This document shows, one piece after another, positions 38,461-52,295 of a stretch of 64,000 bases of DNA. This stretch comes from Octopus sinensis (Eukaryota): positions 68,138,001 through 68,202,000 of the forward strand of contig NC_043009.1 in assembly GCF_006345805.1 (NCBI RefSeq). Direction: 5' to 3'. Numbering within the stretch: position 1 is the stretch's first letter; the number at the start of each line of letters is the position of its first letter. Both the position numbers and the translations under genes were made by a program. The notes under the pieces were generated by a model. The model saw nothing but the letters and a program-made list of their open reading frames with translations, was not told where the DNA came from and ran no database searches.

Positions 38461-38980
38461 TAAAGCAAACTAGCAGTACATTATCAAACATTACAAAAGA
38501 TTCTTTTACACGCTTTCCTCTGTGGTTTCCGATTTGTTGTTGGTTGGAATGTGTTTAAGCGTATTTATTGGAAATGGATCAATTAGCACTGATCTGAACG
38601 CCACCAGTACATTGTAATGATAATTCCTTTCACACTATAGGTAATGATAACAATATTCAAGTGAATATTATTATTATGGATCAGGCAGCAGAAATCCGGT
38701 GAATGAAAACTGGCCGATAGAAATAATCGACAGGGACAAACTGAGCTTATGGGAGACCCAACGATGCATTTACGAACAACGGCGATTTTTAAGCGATTTT
38801 GTGGGAAAACAGTATCTTATATGCCATACAATGCGATGTTGTTGTTGTTATTATTATTATTATTATTACTTTTTTTTTCTTCTTTCAAATTTGCTTCCGT
38901 TTCTTGCCGAGTGTCTTCCCGACTCCTAGGGCAAAGAAACTCATAGTATACATTGGTAGGCCATTAAACCAAACTCAATA

Positions 38981-39033
<53 letters not shown>

Positions 39034-39175
39034 GCAGTTTAAGAAACCTTCAATATAACTTATGATATTGATGGTATTATTCTGTTATTGCTGTCTGTTG
39101 TACATTTGGTTTCACACGTTATTGCCTCGTATTGTTGTTGTCATTCTACTGACTATAGCTTTGATATCTTTTCAG

Positions 39176-39208
39176 AGTCCCAAAGATACAGATATAGGAA
39201 TAACAAAT
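39176..39208 (+). CDS. Candidate 33-nt in-frame microexon in the M3-M4 loop (SPKDTDIGITN)
   Basis: Acceptor tttgatatcttttcag| and consensus donor |gtaagt. Phase 0-0 matches the phase-0 C-D intron and there is no stop. A ctgac branch-point-like motif and a long AG-free zone lie upstream. Confidence 0.6.
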
Positions 39209-41217
39209 GTAAGTAAAACACACACGCTCTACAAACTATTGTCATTTCATCATTCTACACGAGTACAAAAAAAAACGGGCTTAGAGTTATGCTTATATTG
39301 AGGACGATCCGCATCGATCAAGATAAGTTGACAAGCTCTCTAGCTGTGACATTGCCTGGTGTGCCTCGTTTTAAAAGTGTGGGATTTAATTTGATGAGGA
39401 TTAGCTACAATATAAGACAAGCATCTGTGTAGATACTCCTTCCTTGCCTTCATATGTCACAGCTGACCGAGTAACCGTAGCTTTTGAAACGATCGTTGTT
39501 TTCTAACATTGGACAAGTCGCTCAAGTTTCGCAACTCCATCTGACAGCATGGAACAATACGCTTCAATCACTGAAGACTGAGTTATTTTCAAAGAGTTTT
39601 TTGCTGTCGTTGACTTCGTAGTTAATGGTTCTGCTACTCTCTTTATACCTTCCGCTTAACTCTGACCAAAGGTATTCAAACCATGATCCCATCGGGTATT
39701 TTTCAGATAGTACATCTACAACTACATGATCCTCTTTGTAGGGTGTGATCTTACAGAGATCTCCCTGCTATTTCTAGCCCGTTTTCAGATTCATAGAATG
39801 GATATTACTTGGAAAGAAAGTCCTCTCAAAGCAATACAACTAATCAAGCAGTGAACGCTATATTTGATAAGAAAATATCGAGCGACAACGACTTGTGTCT
39901 ATCACACTTGTGTGAGTTGAGTCACGACCGATTCTTTGTTCAAGTTCAATATATGGATCGACATCTCAAAACTGTTTCCTTTCAACTGTTTTCCTCTAAT
40001 GTCTTCGCTATCTTCTGAACCAAACATTTAATTACAATCTTCATTTTATTTCAAGAATAAGTCGTTTTAGCCTGAAAAGCGTAAGATTGTTATCCGGAAA
40101 TCGTTCAGAATAGATTCATTTTGTAACTGTTTATATTCCAGCCATTCCTATTCTAATCCACGCTAGAGCTGCGTTGATAAAACTCGAAATTACATTCGTT
40201 CCAGCAGTGCTTCAAATGATCGTCTCATTTTGCAGACAGATTCCACCTTATACAGGCCAACTAACAAAACAAACATCAATTATAGAGAATTGTTATTCTT
40301 GTCGTTTAGCTGTTGTTGTTCTTTTGACTCAGGTTAGCATTGAACGGGAAGTTACGTAACGCTTTGCATCTCAAGCGTGATCCACTCTCTCAATTATGAC
40401 GCAGCACCGTATTATTTTATGCATCCTTTCCTTAAGGCTGTAGCCGAGCTGGAAGGCCATTTGGCTTCTATTTCTTGAATGCTGACTGATTTTGAACAGG
40501 TTCTCTAGTGTTGTTCACTACAGACATGTTTCATTCTTAAATGTTATTATTTTTATTTTCGTGTTGGTCAGCGCCAGGTCAATTTTGATTCAGCAGACCA
40601 GTGATCAAATGCGTTCTGTCCCCGTCCCATCTTTTCCCCCTGGGCCATATTACCGTTGAGTACTTCTTGGTTGTTTAAGGGTTACGAAGTGATTTAAGGG
40701 AGGATCGCTAGTTCAGAATCTTCCTGGTTAGCTTTTCGTCCAGAAGCCAAAGCTTTCTGGGCTTTTATAGACGATTATAAACAATACAAGAATCTCATTA
40801 GGAATCACTAATTTCTGAGCCGGTTGTCCCGGATCTTATCATGCTTCCCATTTTAATTAGTTTGGTGATTAATAAACACGTATTTAATAAGGTTGCTAGA
40901 TGAGGTCACAAAGCCTACAACCCATTATAAAACCAAGAAATTCTTCCCTCTCTTTGCTGGAGAGTGACAGTTGGGAGAGAGCTTTTGCCTGACGTATTTA
41001 AGATAAACGGTTATCTGTCTCCGTCCTTGATTGGTTCTTGACCTCAATTCTGCTCTATAGATATTGTTACATTTTCTATCGGGAACATACGTTCCCCTCG
41101 ACTATTACTAAACTCCTTCACTAAACGTCTTCATTTATGTAACCTGTCTCTGTAACGTGCCCTTCTTTGGGGCTGTCATGGCAAATAAAAGATATCGTTA
41201 CTGTAGCATTTACGGTA

Positions 41218-41445
41218 AAGACGGCAATATGGCTGAATAGTTAGCACGCCGGAGTAAATGCTTAGTAGCATTTTGTCTGTCTACGTTTCGAGTTCAAATT
41301 TCACAGAAGTCGACTTCACCTTACTTCATTTCTGGGTCGATAAAAAAATAATAAGTAACATTTGAGGCCTGAGGGTCGATGTCACTGACTTGTTCCCTTT
41401 CTCAAAATTTCAGGACTTATACCTATAGTTGAAGGGATTATTTCA
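41218..41445 (+). mobile_element. Diverged SINE-A
   Basis: gttagcacgccggagtaaatgcttag...gagttcaaattt..gaagtcgacttcacc. Confidence 0.6.
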
Positions 41446-41874
41446 ATTATCAATTCATACGCTCCGCATTTTAACAGTTTTGGCAATAAAATAATCGATA
41501 ATATAGAAATATATATTTGTTGCCGTTGATGTTGCATTTTGTTATTTTGATTGTACTTAGCTCTGGAACAGCAGATACAGGCACTCCAAAAAGGGGGATA
41601 TAATCTTCCCCTTCGGACACAGTTTATCTATAACTAGATTAACAATGATTTATTTTTAAGACGGTATAACGTGATTCATATCATATCATTTATATCTATA
41701 TTAAACGTGTCTCGCTGATGGAGCGACTCTGCAAATGCTCGCTCTTCGATGAATTATAAATCAGAGTTAAGCAATTCACTGAAGGGATCACAAATACAAC
41801 ACATTAAATGTAATATGTTTCTCGTTGTGATTTTACTGAAGTTTTATTGAAGTGGACGTGCTTTTATTTTTCAG

Positions 41875-42057
41875 GTGCAAGAAGGTGCGTCGGACAATCC
41901 TTACACATTGGACAACGACAACGTCACCTTAGATGTCACTGTACCAAACCCTATAGCCAAACAAAGAGCGAAACGAGTCGACGTCATATCACGTGTTGTC
42001 TTCCCGACACTCTTCGCAATTTTCCTCATTCCTTACTGGTCCATCTATTTGCGTTAG
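41875..42057 (+). CDS. Terminal exon D: end of intracellular loop, M4, stop
   Basis: Acceptor cttttatttttcag|GTG; phase 0. Encodes VQEGASDNPYTLDNDNVTLDVTVPNPIAKQRAKRVDVISRVVFPTLFAIFLIPYWSIYLR*, with the typical AKRVD..SR..FP M4 signature. Confidence 0.92.
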   Translation: MQEGASDNPYTLDNDNVTLDVTVPNPIAKQRAKRVDVISRVVFPTLFAIFLIPYWSIYLR

Positions 42058-42217
42058 AAGACGATCGCATTGACGCCAATGACATTCTTCTTACTCTTAT
42101 TGTTACTCTTGATATTATAACTATTACCACCTACATTATTATTGTTATTGTAATAATGGACAATAATAATAACAACAACAATAATACTAATAATGATTAC
42201 TATTGTTATTATTATTA

Positions 42218-42251
<34 letters not shown>

Positions 42252-42383
42252 CATTATTATTATTACTATTATTATTACTACTACCACTATCACTACTACT
42301 ACTACTTCTACTACTATAATTATAATTATAATTATTATTATTATTATTTAATTGTTATAAATTGTTTTCGTTCAAGGTGATAG

Positions 42384-42389
42384 AATAAA
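42384..42389 (+). terminator. Possible polyadenylation signal (AATAAA)
   Basis: First AATAAA after the stop and the 3' UTR (ATT/TAC)n tract. The sequence is AT-rich and further AATAAA copies follow, so support is weak. Confidence 0.25.
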
Positions 42390-42442
42390 TACACCATTAA
42401 TTCAGTCTGAGTATGTTTTTCACGTATATACATATACATACA

Positions 42443-42490
<48 letters not shown>

Positions 42491-42670
42491 CACCTGAATT
42501 TAAAAACGTACGTAATATATATTTATAAATACATAATATATGTTTCATATATATAAAAATATATATTGATACATATGTATATTTATGTATATATATAATT
42601 TATAAATCTATATCTAGATATAATCATATATCATATTTATATACATATATATTTTAATATGTATAGTATA

Positions 42671-42716
<46 letters not shown>

Positions 42717-43308
42717 GGACAATATAGCTGTATATTCATGTACTTACCAGAATAAATATATAAATATTTAAAAATTCCAACGTTACAATTTTTAGAATGA
42801 AAAGATTAAACAATAAATAGTATACTAGACTCTATAACGAAGTGCAATACGATTATAATAAACGGTAATCTTGCAGAAACAGCGCAAACAAGAAGAGCAA
42901 ACAACAAATAATAAGTATACAACACAGAAAACACATATAAATACAGTAATTAATTACAATTGTCATTCAAACTGTCATATTTCTCTCCACTATTAATACT
43001 TATGCTTACGTCTTTTCCTGCGACTCTTTCTCTCTCTCACTCTCTCTCTCTCTCTCTCTCTCTCTTCGCCTTCCCTCCCCACCCCCACTGTCTGTTGCAT
43101 CGCGTTAGAGTTTTAAACCCTTTTGTACTTTATCCTTAATGAAACCCCATGTAAGTACGTATGCCTTAAAACGAATGAATATGAAAACGTCATTTTGTGG
43201 TTGGTGTTTTAGGAATCTTCACACTTTCACTAAAACCCGCTTATCCTACGCAGAAGCAACAATTACTGACTCTACAATAGCAGCAATTACGATATATATA
43301 TATAATAT

Positions 43309-43367
<59 letters not shown>

Positions 43368-43385
43368 TATTATATATATATATCA

Positions 43386-43420
<35 letters not shown>

Positions 43421-43576
43421 GATTCCTCAGCAGTACTTATTGTCATCATTCTTAAAATTGCTTTAAAATGACGACATTGTAGAATATACACAGGTACATA
43501 GGCCACATACCCACACCCACAATATTTATATATATACGTGTGTGTGAATGTGCGTGTATAGATGTATGCTTATAGA

Positions 43577-43631
<55 letters not shown>

Positions 43632-44337
43632 ATATATATTACCTATATATATTAATATTCTATAGATGGTTAGCTGTACTGCGATTTAAGATTTACTTGC
43701 ATGGCATATGAACCGAATTTACGAATCCCTGTACAATCATACACATTGAAAGAGATGAAAAATGCAAGCAGAATAATTCGCGTTTCCTTTCAAGTTTCCT
43801 TTCACTGGGTTCAGAGGTAGAAAGATCGTGTTTTGTGAATAGATTTTTAAAAACTTCTACTGAAATGGTTTATAAATTTACATGCGTTTCACAAACACTA
43901 TTATTGTAACACCAGGGAAACATTATAAAGTGAGCACATTATTAATTCTTGACAGACTGGAAACCTATGAAATTAATTTTTAAAATATATAGTGGACATC
44001 AGTATTAGGTTTGTTGATAACATTACACTATTCCATCTCCATTATACATCCTAAAGTTTATTTATATTTCTGAGTAGTTGATAATGTAACATCTCTACAA
44101 AGCTGTTCCATGTCTAAAAAGTATTGTTGTCAATGAAATTTGCGTAAGCTGGGGTGATTAATTTGTGAACCGCTTTTCTAGATTCTTTATATAAATATGA
44201 AACGTACTAGTCTATTGCTCTCAAATGCAATCATCCCCTGCTCTGAGATTTATAAGGTCTTGTGCTTCTGTAGCATATTTCTATCGTTATTCTTGCGTTC
44301 ATTATCAGCTGTCTCCCTTGCAATATTTACTTAAAGT

Positions 44338-44552
44338 AAGGCGGCAAGCTGGCAGAAACGTTAGCACGCCGGGCGAAATGCTTAGCGGTATTTCGTCTGT
44401 CATTACGTTCAGAGTTTAATTTCCGCCGAGGTCGACTTTGCCTTTCATCCTTTCAGGGTGGGTAAATTAAGTACTAGTTGCGTACTGGGGTCGATTTCAT
44501 CAATTGCCCCCTCCTCCAAAATTTCGGTCCTTGTGCCTAGAGTAGAAAAGAG
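44338..44552 (+). mobile_element. SINE-A monomer
   Basis: aaggcggcaagctggcagaaacgttagcacgccgggcg...ctagagtagaaaag; degenerate TSD tatttacttaaag/tatttatttacag. Confidence 0.88.
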
Positions 44553-45273
44553 TATTTATTTACAGTCTGTATTTGTTCACAAAATCAATTCACAAAAAAA
44601 AAAAGAATGGAAAATTTCGAGTATTGTTTAAATTGCCTACAAATGCGTGGCTTTCGGCCAATCTAAGAAGTATGATTGAAATTATAAAGTCAATACATGG
44701 AAGAACTGTTTGGGCGCCGACAAAATGATTATATTTGCATTTAATTATGGTCCTAAAATTTCTTATTCATTTGCATTTATATAAATAATTTATTTGTTTG
44801 TCCTTAATGAGGACACCCACTAACATATTCTACATAACGCTGTGGAATATATTGAGAAGGCATTAAAATGGTACACTGTGGTTAAAACATAAGAAATTCC
44901 AGTGTCTGCTTTTTGATTCACAGCTTTAAATGCTTAATCTCGTGTTGCTAATTTAGACAGTATAGAAACCAAAAAACCCTAAACGTTTCCTTTCGTTTTG
45001 TATTTGAGATGATGCAAAAATAGAACAAAATTTAGTGTTGTCCATACTTTTTATGTATCATAATCACTTTGTCTCTATTGATAAAATAATGGGTCATAAA
45101 GGGGAAAAAAGAACCCAAAATACAAGGGACTACATTGCTGATACTAAAATTAACTATATATAAGTCAAAATATTTAAAAATAATAATGTGTGAGTAACTA
45201 TCTGACCAAGTTATCATAAAAATGGAGAATTTATCTTCACCATTCACAACGACCTGTGCCTCAATAACAACAA

Positions 45274-45307
<34 letters not shown>

Positions 45308-46177
45308 AACAAATAACCTGAGAAAGGGTTTCATGTCATTTCTCGTTCAAATCTCGTGAAACACAGAAAACCTGGTTCTCACCAAATTCAGTTTCATACT
45401 TATGCTTGGAACAGAACAGAACGTCGAGAAATTCTAATATAAAAATAAGTCTTCTCAATGGAAATGTCATTTATATCACAAAAAAATTGTGATTATCTCC
45501 ATTATTGCTCAATCTGCTATCCACCGATATAGACTTTGTTCCATAAAACATTATCTACAACAAAACACAAAAGATGGTGTTTGACGGTTGAAGATCAAGA
45601 AATACAAAATAATGTGTTTTTTTTTATTAAAATGTCAGGAATATTCGAGTAAGAAGAATATTTCTGAAGTGGCAGCTAATAAAGAATTACTGTTATATTT
45701 ATGGTTTCACGAGAGATAACCGATGCGTAAGAGAGCGACTGCTTAAGTAAGATTTGAAGATAGCAGCGAGTTGTACCAAACTGTCAGCTTAACGCTAACG
45801 CGGAACACCAGGAGTATCAGGCTCGGTGAAGTGTTTGTTATCTCAATTTCTTCATTTATTCTCCGGTGTTCGATAATTTATTCTCGCGTTAATGTAAAAC
45901 ATTTTTGGCCCTCACTTTTCACTTAACCCCTCCCCCGCCACACACACACATACATACAAAGACTTAAGATGAGTGAGAGAGAGAGAAGGCGAGAAAGACT
46001 AACAAGAGAGAAGCGCGCTAATCCTTGTCTATGCTACGTCACACAATTATACAGTAACGCAGAGAACAATATTTTGCTAGATAGCTAAGCAATCATACAC
46101 ACAGACGCAGACACATACACGCACATATATACACACGTGCTAGCATATACAAAGTACTTACATGTAAATATAATATG

Positions 46178-46266
<89 letters not shown>

Positions 46267-46802
46267 CATATATACATACAAATGTATGAATAAATGTATA
46301 CACACATATATATGTATATACGCATATATAAATATTTGTGCGTGTATTTTATCGATAATTTGAGGATCCAAATGCAGGCCCAAAGTCCCCCTGATATTCT
46401 TCTATTATTCCTGATAATTTTGAATTATAGAAATCAACATTGATGAAAAAATATACCTAATAATTTTTCAATTTATAAGACAGTAATTTTATGAATTAAA
46501 AACTAGCCGAAACTGTACAAGGCCAAAGAGCTTAGAATATATTTTCAATGGTTTCTCCGTAGTGCCAACAATCATCAAACTGTCAGTCTAATTTTTTTCT
46601 TAGCATGGAAATTAGCCGAGAAATTTGTTCAATATTTCTTGAAATTATGTCACCATCTTGAACCGCGTTCAAAAAATTATCCCTAAATATTCGTTTCCGT
46701 TTTCCACTAAACATTTGTTGTGTACGCTGTTCAGTACATCACACTTACATACACACCGCACACACACACACACATATTTAAGCATACATACATGTTTATA
46801 CG

Positions 46803-46830
<28 letters not shown>

Positions 46831-46841
<11 letters not shown>

Positions 46842-47181
46842 ATTCGAGACAAAACCACTATTTTAAAACCAAACAAGGAAAGACTTAATCAATACATAAA
46901 ATTTTAATATAAATTAAATAAACCGCCACTACAAATGTTTATGTCTGCTACCGACAATCTTCAGGTGGATTTTCGATCTAAAAATATCTTCTAATCAGTA
47001 TCAAAATTTGATACTGATTAGAAGATATTTTTAGATCGAAAATCCACCTGAAGATTGTTGGTAGCAGACATAAACATTTGTAGTGGCGGTTTATTTAATT
47101 TATATTAAAATTTTATGTATTGATTAAGTCTTTCCTTGTTTGGTTTTAAAATAGTGGTTTTGTCTCGAATTATATTATATA
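46831..47181. repeat. 351-bp near-perfect palindrome (centre 47006, one G.T mismatch)
   Basis: Arms pair symmetrically around A47006; the only mismatch is G46953/T47059. Starts at a (TA)n and is followed by tail tttttccctgtaattttgga. Confidence 0.97.
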
Positions 47182-47258
47182 ATAATTTACTATAAAATTG
47201 GATTTAACCCTAAATCTGATTTTTCCCTGTAATTTTGGATTCATTCCCTAATATTTAT

Positions 47259-47308
<50 letters not shown>

Positions 47309-47534
47309 CCTAGACGGGATAATTAACTCGGAAATTTATAATATGAAATAAAGTTTCAAGAGAGATGCAAAATAATTTTTAAGCAGTGTGCACCGCATCT
47401 TTGAGTGCGTACATCGAATATCTAGTAGTATATAACGGAAGATGTAGAAAAATACTCAAAGTTCCTTATGTTGAAATAACATGTCCATGCACACACACAC
47501 ACACATATATATATATGCATGTATATATGTATAT

Positions 47535-47604
<70 letters not shown>

Positions 47605-48884
47605 GTCGCCAAACGGATAAAAGAGCATGCAAGACTTAATGTAAATAATAATTCGGTGGTGAGAAAATGTATTTAATTATATTTGTCGGTGATTGAAGAA
47701 TTAAATCATTATGAATAAAAGAAAATGTTCAAGATTATTAAATTCTGGAAACGTTCGCCTTACGTTGAAACGATATGGATGCAATGATGGATGCAGTAAG
47801 ACAGAAATGGTAAGTGGAATTTTAGAAATATTTTCACATATCACGTAAATTTTTAATATCGACTTTATTGTGGTTGTCGTTGTGGTTGTTTGTGGTAGTT
47901 TTCGCTTTCGTTGTCGTTTTTGTACATAGTAATTCTGTGTCATCCCACGTACGTCTTTAAAACGTAAGGTAGGAAATAAATATAGTTGCTGAGAAAAGAT
48001 GGTAAGGTATTTGAAAGATTATAAATGCCACTATCATATTGACATACATACTTATAGTAAAGAATATATGCAGAGAAAATCTAATCCGTTCTGAATATCT
48101 TGCAAATCCCAACAGAGAGAAGTCATCATCACTGCTCTTAATCAAGAATAGCTCTTCATTAAGAGGCGAAACGAAAGTTATATGATTTTAGCGGCGCTGT
48201 TTTTTAACTAGCTATAGTAATAGAAAAACGAAACAAATTATGTAAGTAGAGCCTAACACCATCTGTAGAATATTGCGCCCGTCATAAATAAATTATCGAG
48301 CATATCTTTGTTGGCAGATCAGCCCATATGTGAATATAGAATATATACACAAACTTGAGACAAAGGGCAGTTTTTATACCAGAGCATCCATATATGGTAG
48401 CCTGATATAGAAACCAAGAAGTAGCATAAACATGCATAGTGATGTAGCAAACAAGGTGTTTGATGGGAGCTTAAATAAAATAACAAAAAAAAAACATTGA
48501 AACCCTATCACGAGTTACAACTTTAAACAGTCGTTCGCAGGAAGGGCCCTTTTGAATTTGCACATCTTGGTAAATAACAGTCGCATCTTCCTCAAATGAC
48601 ACGCCACGGTCTCTTTTTGAAAAGTAATAAAATGTATAATGTAAGTTCTCGAGAAATATTATCTGAACAAATAAGTACAGCCTTTGATAGTAGGTTTGAC
48701 ATAAAGCAAACCAGCCCGAGAATAGTCCAAAACACATAACTGCGAGAAGGCGCCAGTATTTTACGCATGTCACATTCAATTCAATCTCATAATTCCAATA
48801 CTGAGTTTTGGGCTCAACGTATACAACAAATAAAATGTATATAATCATGACATGACATAATTCCGAAACTGAACTTCCCTCTTA

Positions 48885-49050
48885 ACGTTCTGGGTTTACA
48901 TTCCACCGAGGTCGACTTTGCCTTTCAACATTTTAGGGACGATACAATGAATAACAGGTGATCAGTCGGGGTGGGTTTGAGGGGCTTGTGCCTACAGGAG
49001 AAAGACTTATTCGAGGCTTGTGCCTACAAGAGAAAGACTTATTACAAAAC
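48885..49050 (+). mobile_element. Truncated SINE-A with tandemly duplicated tail
   Basis: attccaccgaggtcgactttgcctttca, then ggcttgtgcctaca(g/a)gagaaagacttatt twice. Confidence 0.6.
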
Positions 49051-49435
49051 ATAACAACCACAAACAGATTATATAACACAGCATCACAGCATATGCACTT
49101 ATGTAGTCGACAATGTTTGACACCATTAGCAGCGCCTGTACAATGCTCTCTGTTGAAAAGTACCATCAAATAATTCATAGCTAATGAGAAACTTTTATAA
49201 CATCAACAGATGTACTCCGTCGGTTACGACGACGAAGGTTCCAGTTGATCCGATCAACGGATCAGCCGGCTCGTGAAAGGAAAAGGAATTGAGACGTCGA
49301 TCGGACGACTTAAGTAGAGTAAAGTCAAGAACGCCATCAAAATTAGAAAGTACGAAGAAAAAAAACTGATTTGAGCAACATCACGTTGTTTTCAATCAAG
49401 CCAGAAAGTTATCTACTTACATATTATATAAGTTA

Positions 49436-49476
<41 letters not shown>

Positions 49477-50009
49477 ATATATCTGCGAATGGTTTTGTTA
49501 TACATATACGTATTACATATATCACAAAGTGTTACATATCCCTAAGGGATGTAAGGGAAATTATAAGAAAGCAAGCATTTTTCTGTGGCATGGGAGAATG
49601 CCAGGCATGCTAATTAAGCAGAATGTAAATAAAATCTAAGGGGAAAATATTGCTGTAAATGTTGAGGTGCAGAAAAGATTTTGATTTGGCAAAAGCAAAT
49701 ATTGGAAAAAGAAAAATTTAAAAGCAACAAAGTGCGAAGCTGCTGCTGCTGCTGCTGCTGCTGCAGATCTTGTCTATGGTTACTGACTGAAAGAGTTTAC
49801 AAATCGCTGTAAAAGCATAATGAGGCAGCAAAAGGAATAACACCAATTGGTGGATTCAAGAACAGACTTCCTAATATCGAAGCAGAAACTGAAAGGAAAC
49901 TAACAAAAGGCTTCAATTTAGAAGAAGTCCACTAACGCTTATGTGCGAAACACTGAAGTCCTTATGAACAAAAAGGATGTCGACAAAGGAAATAGAATAT
50001 AGTAAATGC

Positions 50010-50255
50010 GCCCTTTTAAAGCCTAGCCGTGCTCATGGGCCTGGTTTCCCGGTTTCTATGGCGTATGTGATCCCCAGCTGGACGGGATCCCAGTCCATCG
50101 CAACGTTACTCATTCTTGCCAGCTGAATGGATTGGAGCAACGTGAAATAAAGTGTTTTGCTCAAGAACACAACGCGTCACCCGGTCCAGGAATCGAGACC
50201 ACAATCTTGCGATCATGATGCCGGCACCCTAACCACTAAGCCACGCGCCTGCACC
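50010..50255 (-). mobile_element. SINE-D (tRNA-derived head gcgcgtggcttagtggttagggtg...tcgattcctggaccggg)
   Basis: A/B-box head plus the gttgtgttcttgagcaaaacac box; further fragments at 36340 and ~54050-54155. Confidence 0.8.
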
Positions 50256-51684
50256 GAAAAAAGAAATAGGGAACCAAATAGCAATAAATGGCAAATAATT
50301 TTGAAGAATTAAATAAAGAAAATGATAAATATTTTTAAAGCATGGAGTGATTATAGAAATACACGTGGACTAATAACAGGCTGCGTTGCCAAGAGCTGTT
50401 CGTGAAGTGGAATTAAGTATTAAAGGATAATCATTCGCTGAGGTTCAGATTAGTAAAGGGATCATCTAAAGGGATTGGACTTGTCTTGTTTGCAATAGCA
50501 CTGATTCCTTCGTCGATTGTACAGAACCGAGCTACACTAAGATATTCACCGGGAAAGTACCGGGGAAACTGAACCATCTGTTTATGAGCGATTTGAGACG
50601 AGTATCAATTTGATCCATTAATGTAAAGTGTATATCGCAGTGACATTTGGATGGCATCTGGAATCGATAATTGTACAGCAATGGAAAGGAACATGGAAAA
50701 AAAAACATCATAAAAATGTTACGGAAATGGATGAACCTGATAGCGAGAATATCAAAACCTTTGATGTAGAAAAATACATAGGTATCTTAGAATACCGGAT
50801 ATTGATAAAATCAAAGGTATGGAACTAAAGAATGTACTGAATAAAGAATATTATCATAGAACGAAGAATACTTAAAAATCGAAAACGAATGTTTCAATCA
50901 ACCTGAGTTCAATATTCCTAATGAGTTGGAAAAAAAAGAATGGAAAGGTATGAACAGAAGACAAGGAATCGGTTCACAGGATACAGAAGCTTGAATCGTT
51001 TGGAATGGAAAAGAAGAAAAATAAGATTTATGTTCGTGAGATTTGAAGATGTAGCAGATCAAGAGAAAAGAAATCTAGGAATATATTTAGTAGAAAAAGA
51101 AGTACTAGTTATGGAGTTTAATAAGTGAAGAGTTATTTAGAGATTTAGTTGAGATTCACACAGAAAGAAAACAAAGCTGAAAATAGTGAAAGGTTCGAGT
51201 AAAGAAGCTTCATCTAATGCTTTTCAAAGAGATAAAGATGACAGGAACAACTGGCTTTGATTAAAGTAGAATAATAAAGAAAGATACCGAGACGATGATT
51301 TAAGTAGCAGAAAATAGGTTTTAAGGGTAAAATAGACCAAGAGAATTATAGGGGTGTTCACTCAAACATAGAATGAGTATCGCTACACACGGGAATATAA
51401 GCTTACTTTTAATCGGAGCCCCTTCACTTAGATCATCAAAAGATGACTGATGAAACTGCTAGAATAATTCATTGGAATGTTTGCATCAGGTTTGGATTCC
51501 AACGCACAGAAAATGGTTCTGACGACTTTGTAAAAACAGAAATAGAAATCTTCAAAGACAAGGATTGCCATTACGAAACTTTAGAATACAAAGCGCGTGT
51601 CTGATGTTATAATCGTTTTAATAAGAATTATTATTATTATTATTATTGCTATTATTATTATTACTATTATTATTATTATTATTA

Positions 51685-51727
<43 letters not shown>

Positions 51728-52295
51728 GAGTGAGAGCAGTGCATGCCATCAAAGTGACACTAGGATAAAATATACAAAGTCCAGTATACTTATCATGACT
51801 ACCCGTCTGATAAGGGTGCACCAGGCACATGCAACACAACCATATGTGCGCGACATGGTGATCTCATATCAAGCTAAACAGCCCAGTTAGAATTTTCTTC
51901 TGGTCGAGTAGCCCATCCCGCTTAAAAGGTCCCTGAATAAGGGTTGTTTAAGGATGTTGAACGAAACACCCATGTTTCCAAGGGGGATTATCCAAACCCC
52001 AAAGAATCCTCTCAACACACGGCTATGATGCTCCCCCACTACTTCTGCTTGTGGTCAGAGATGCACATATCGTCAGCCACTAAGGGACATGCTCAACTGG
52101 TTAAGGTCAAACAACTGACAAGCTAATCTGTGGTATTGAGCAGAATATTTGCTGTAGCCCATCTTTTAAACCAAGACAAAACAATGTACATGATAACACT
52201 TCCAATTAGTTAAGATCAGAAGCCATGAAAGCCACTGCTCGCTACTGTATCAGCGCATAGCCACGGCCAGGCACTGCATCTGAGCAATATTATTA
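51728..52295. repeat. Non-coding interspersed repeat-like block between (ATT)n tracts
   Basis: Higher-complexity 570-bp block embedded in (ATT)n within the decayed LINE; family not identified. Confidence 0.45.

Larger units (their letters stand above)
1690..42057 (+). other. Gene span (5'-incomplete): glycine-receptor/GluCl-like Cys-loop ligand-gated anion channel subunit
   Basis: Four exons with GT-AG boundaries and matching phases splice into one frame: RLTMTATCPMKLEKFPLDIQTCSIFIKS|FVYTPDNVVFEW...GDCHRDYE|ENNFTCISTSFHLQRKYAYYMLHAYLPSTLIVVISWLSFWL...|VQEG...AKRVDVISRVVFPTLFAIFLIPYWSIYLR*. It is colinear with the vertebrate GlyR alpha sequence as I recall it. Signal peptide and loops D/A/E are absent from the window. 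Confidence 0.93.

Noticed and set aside
40236-40332. Open 97-nt segment with tttgcag| acceptor and |gttagc donor in the C-D intron
   Set aside because: Its length is not a multiple of 3, so it would frameshift M4. The donor is weaker and the peptide is uninformative. Only a poison-exon role would remain, and that is unsupported.
45032-45267. Minus-strand open segment after a gcacag acceptor
   Set aside because: AT-rich, intron-like composition, no recognisable protein and no good donor.
47775-47815. ATG GAT GCA ATG ATG GAT GCA GTA AGA CAG AAA TG|gtaagt (MDAMMDAVRQK), resembling a first coding exon
   Set aside because: No compatible downstream + strand exon was found and the peptide is not recognised; a chance donor match is likely in 64 kb.
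48471-48848. 125-aa minus-strand ORF in non-repetitive sequence
   Set aside because: No recognisable motif and no convincing splice donor.
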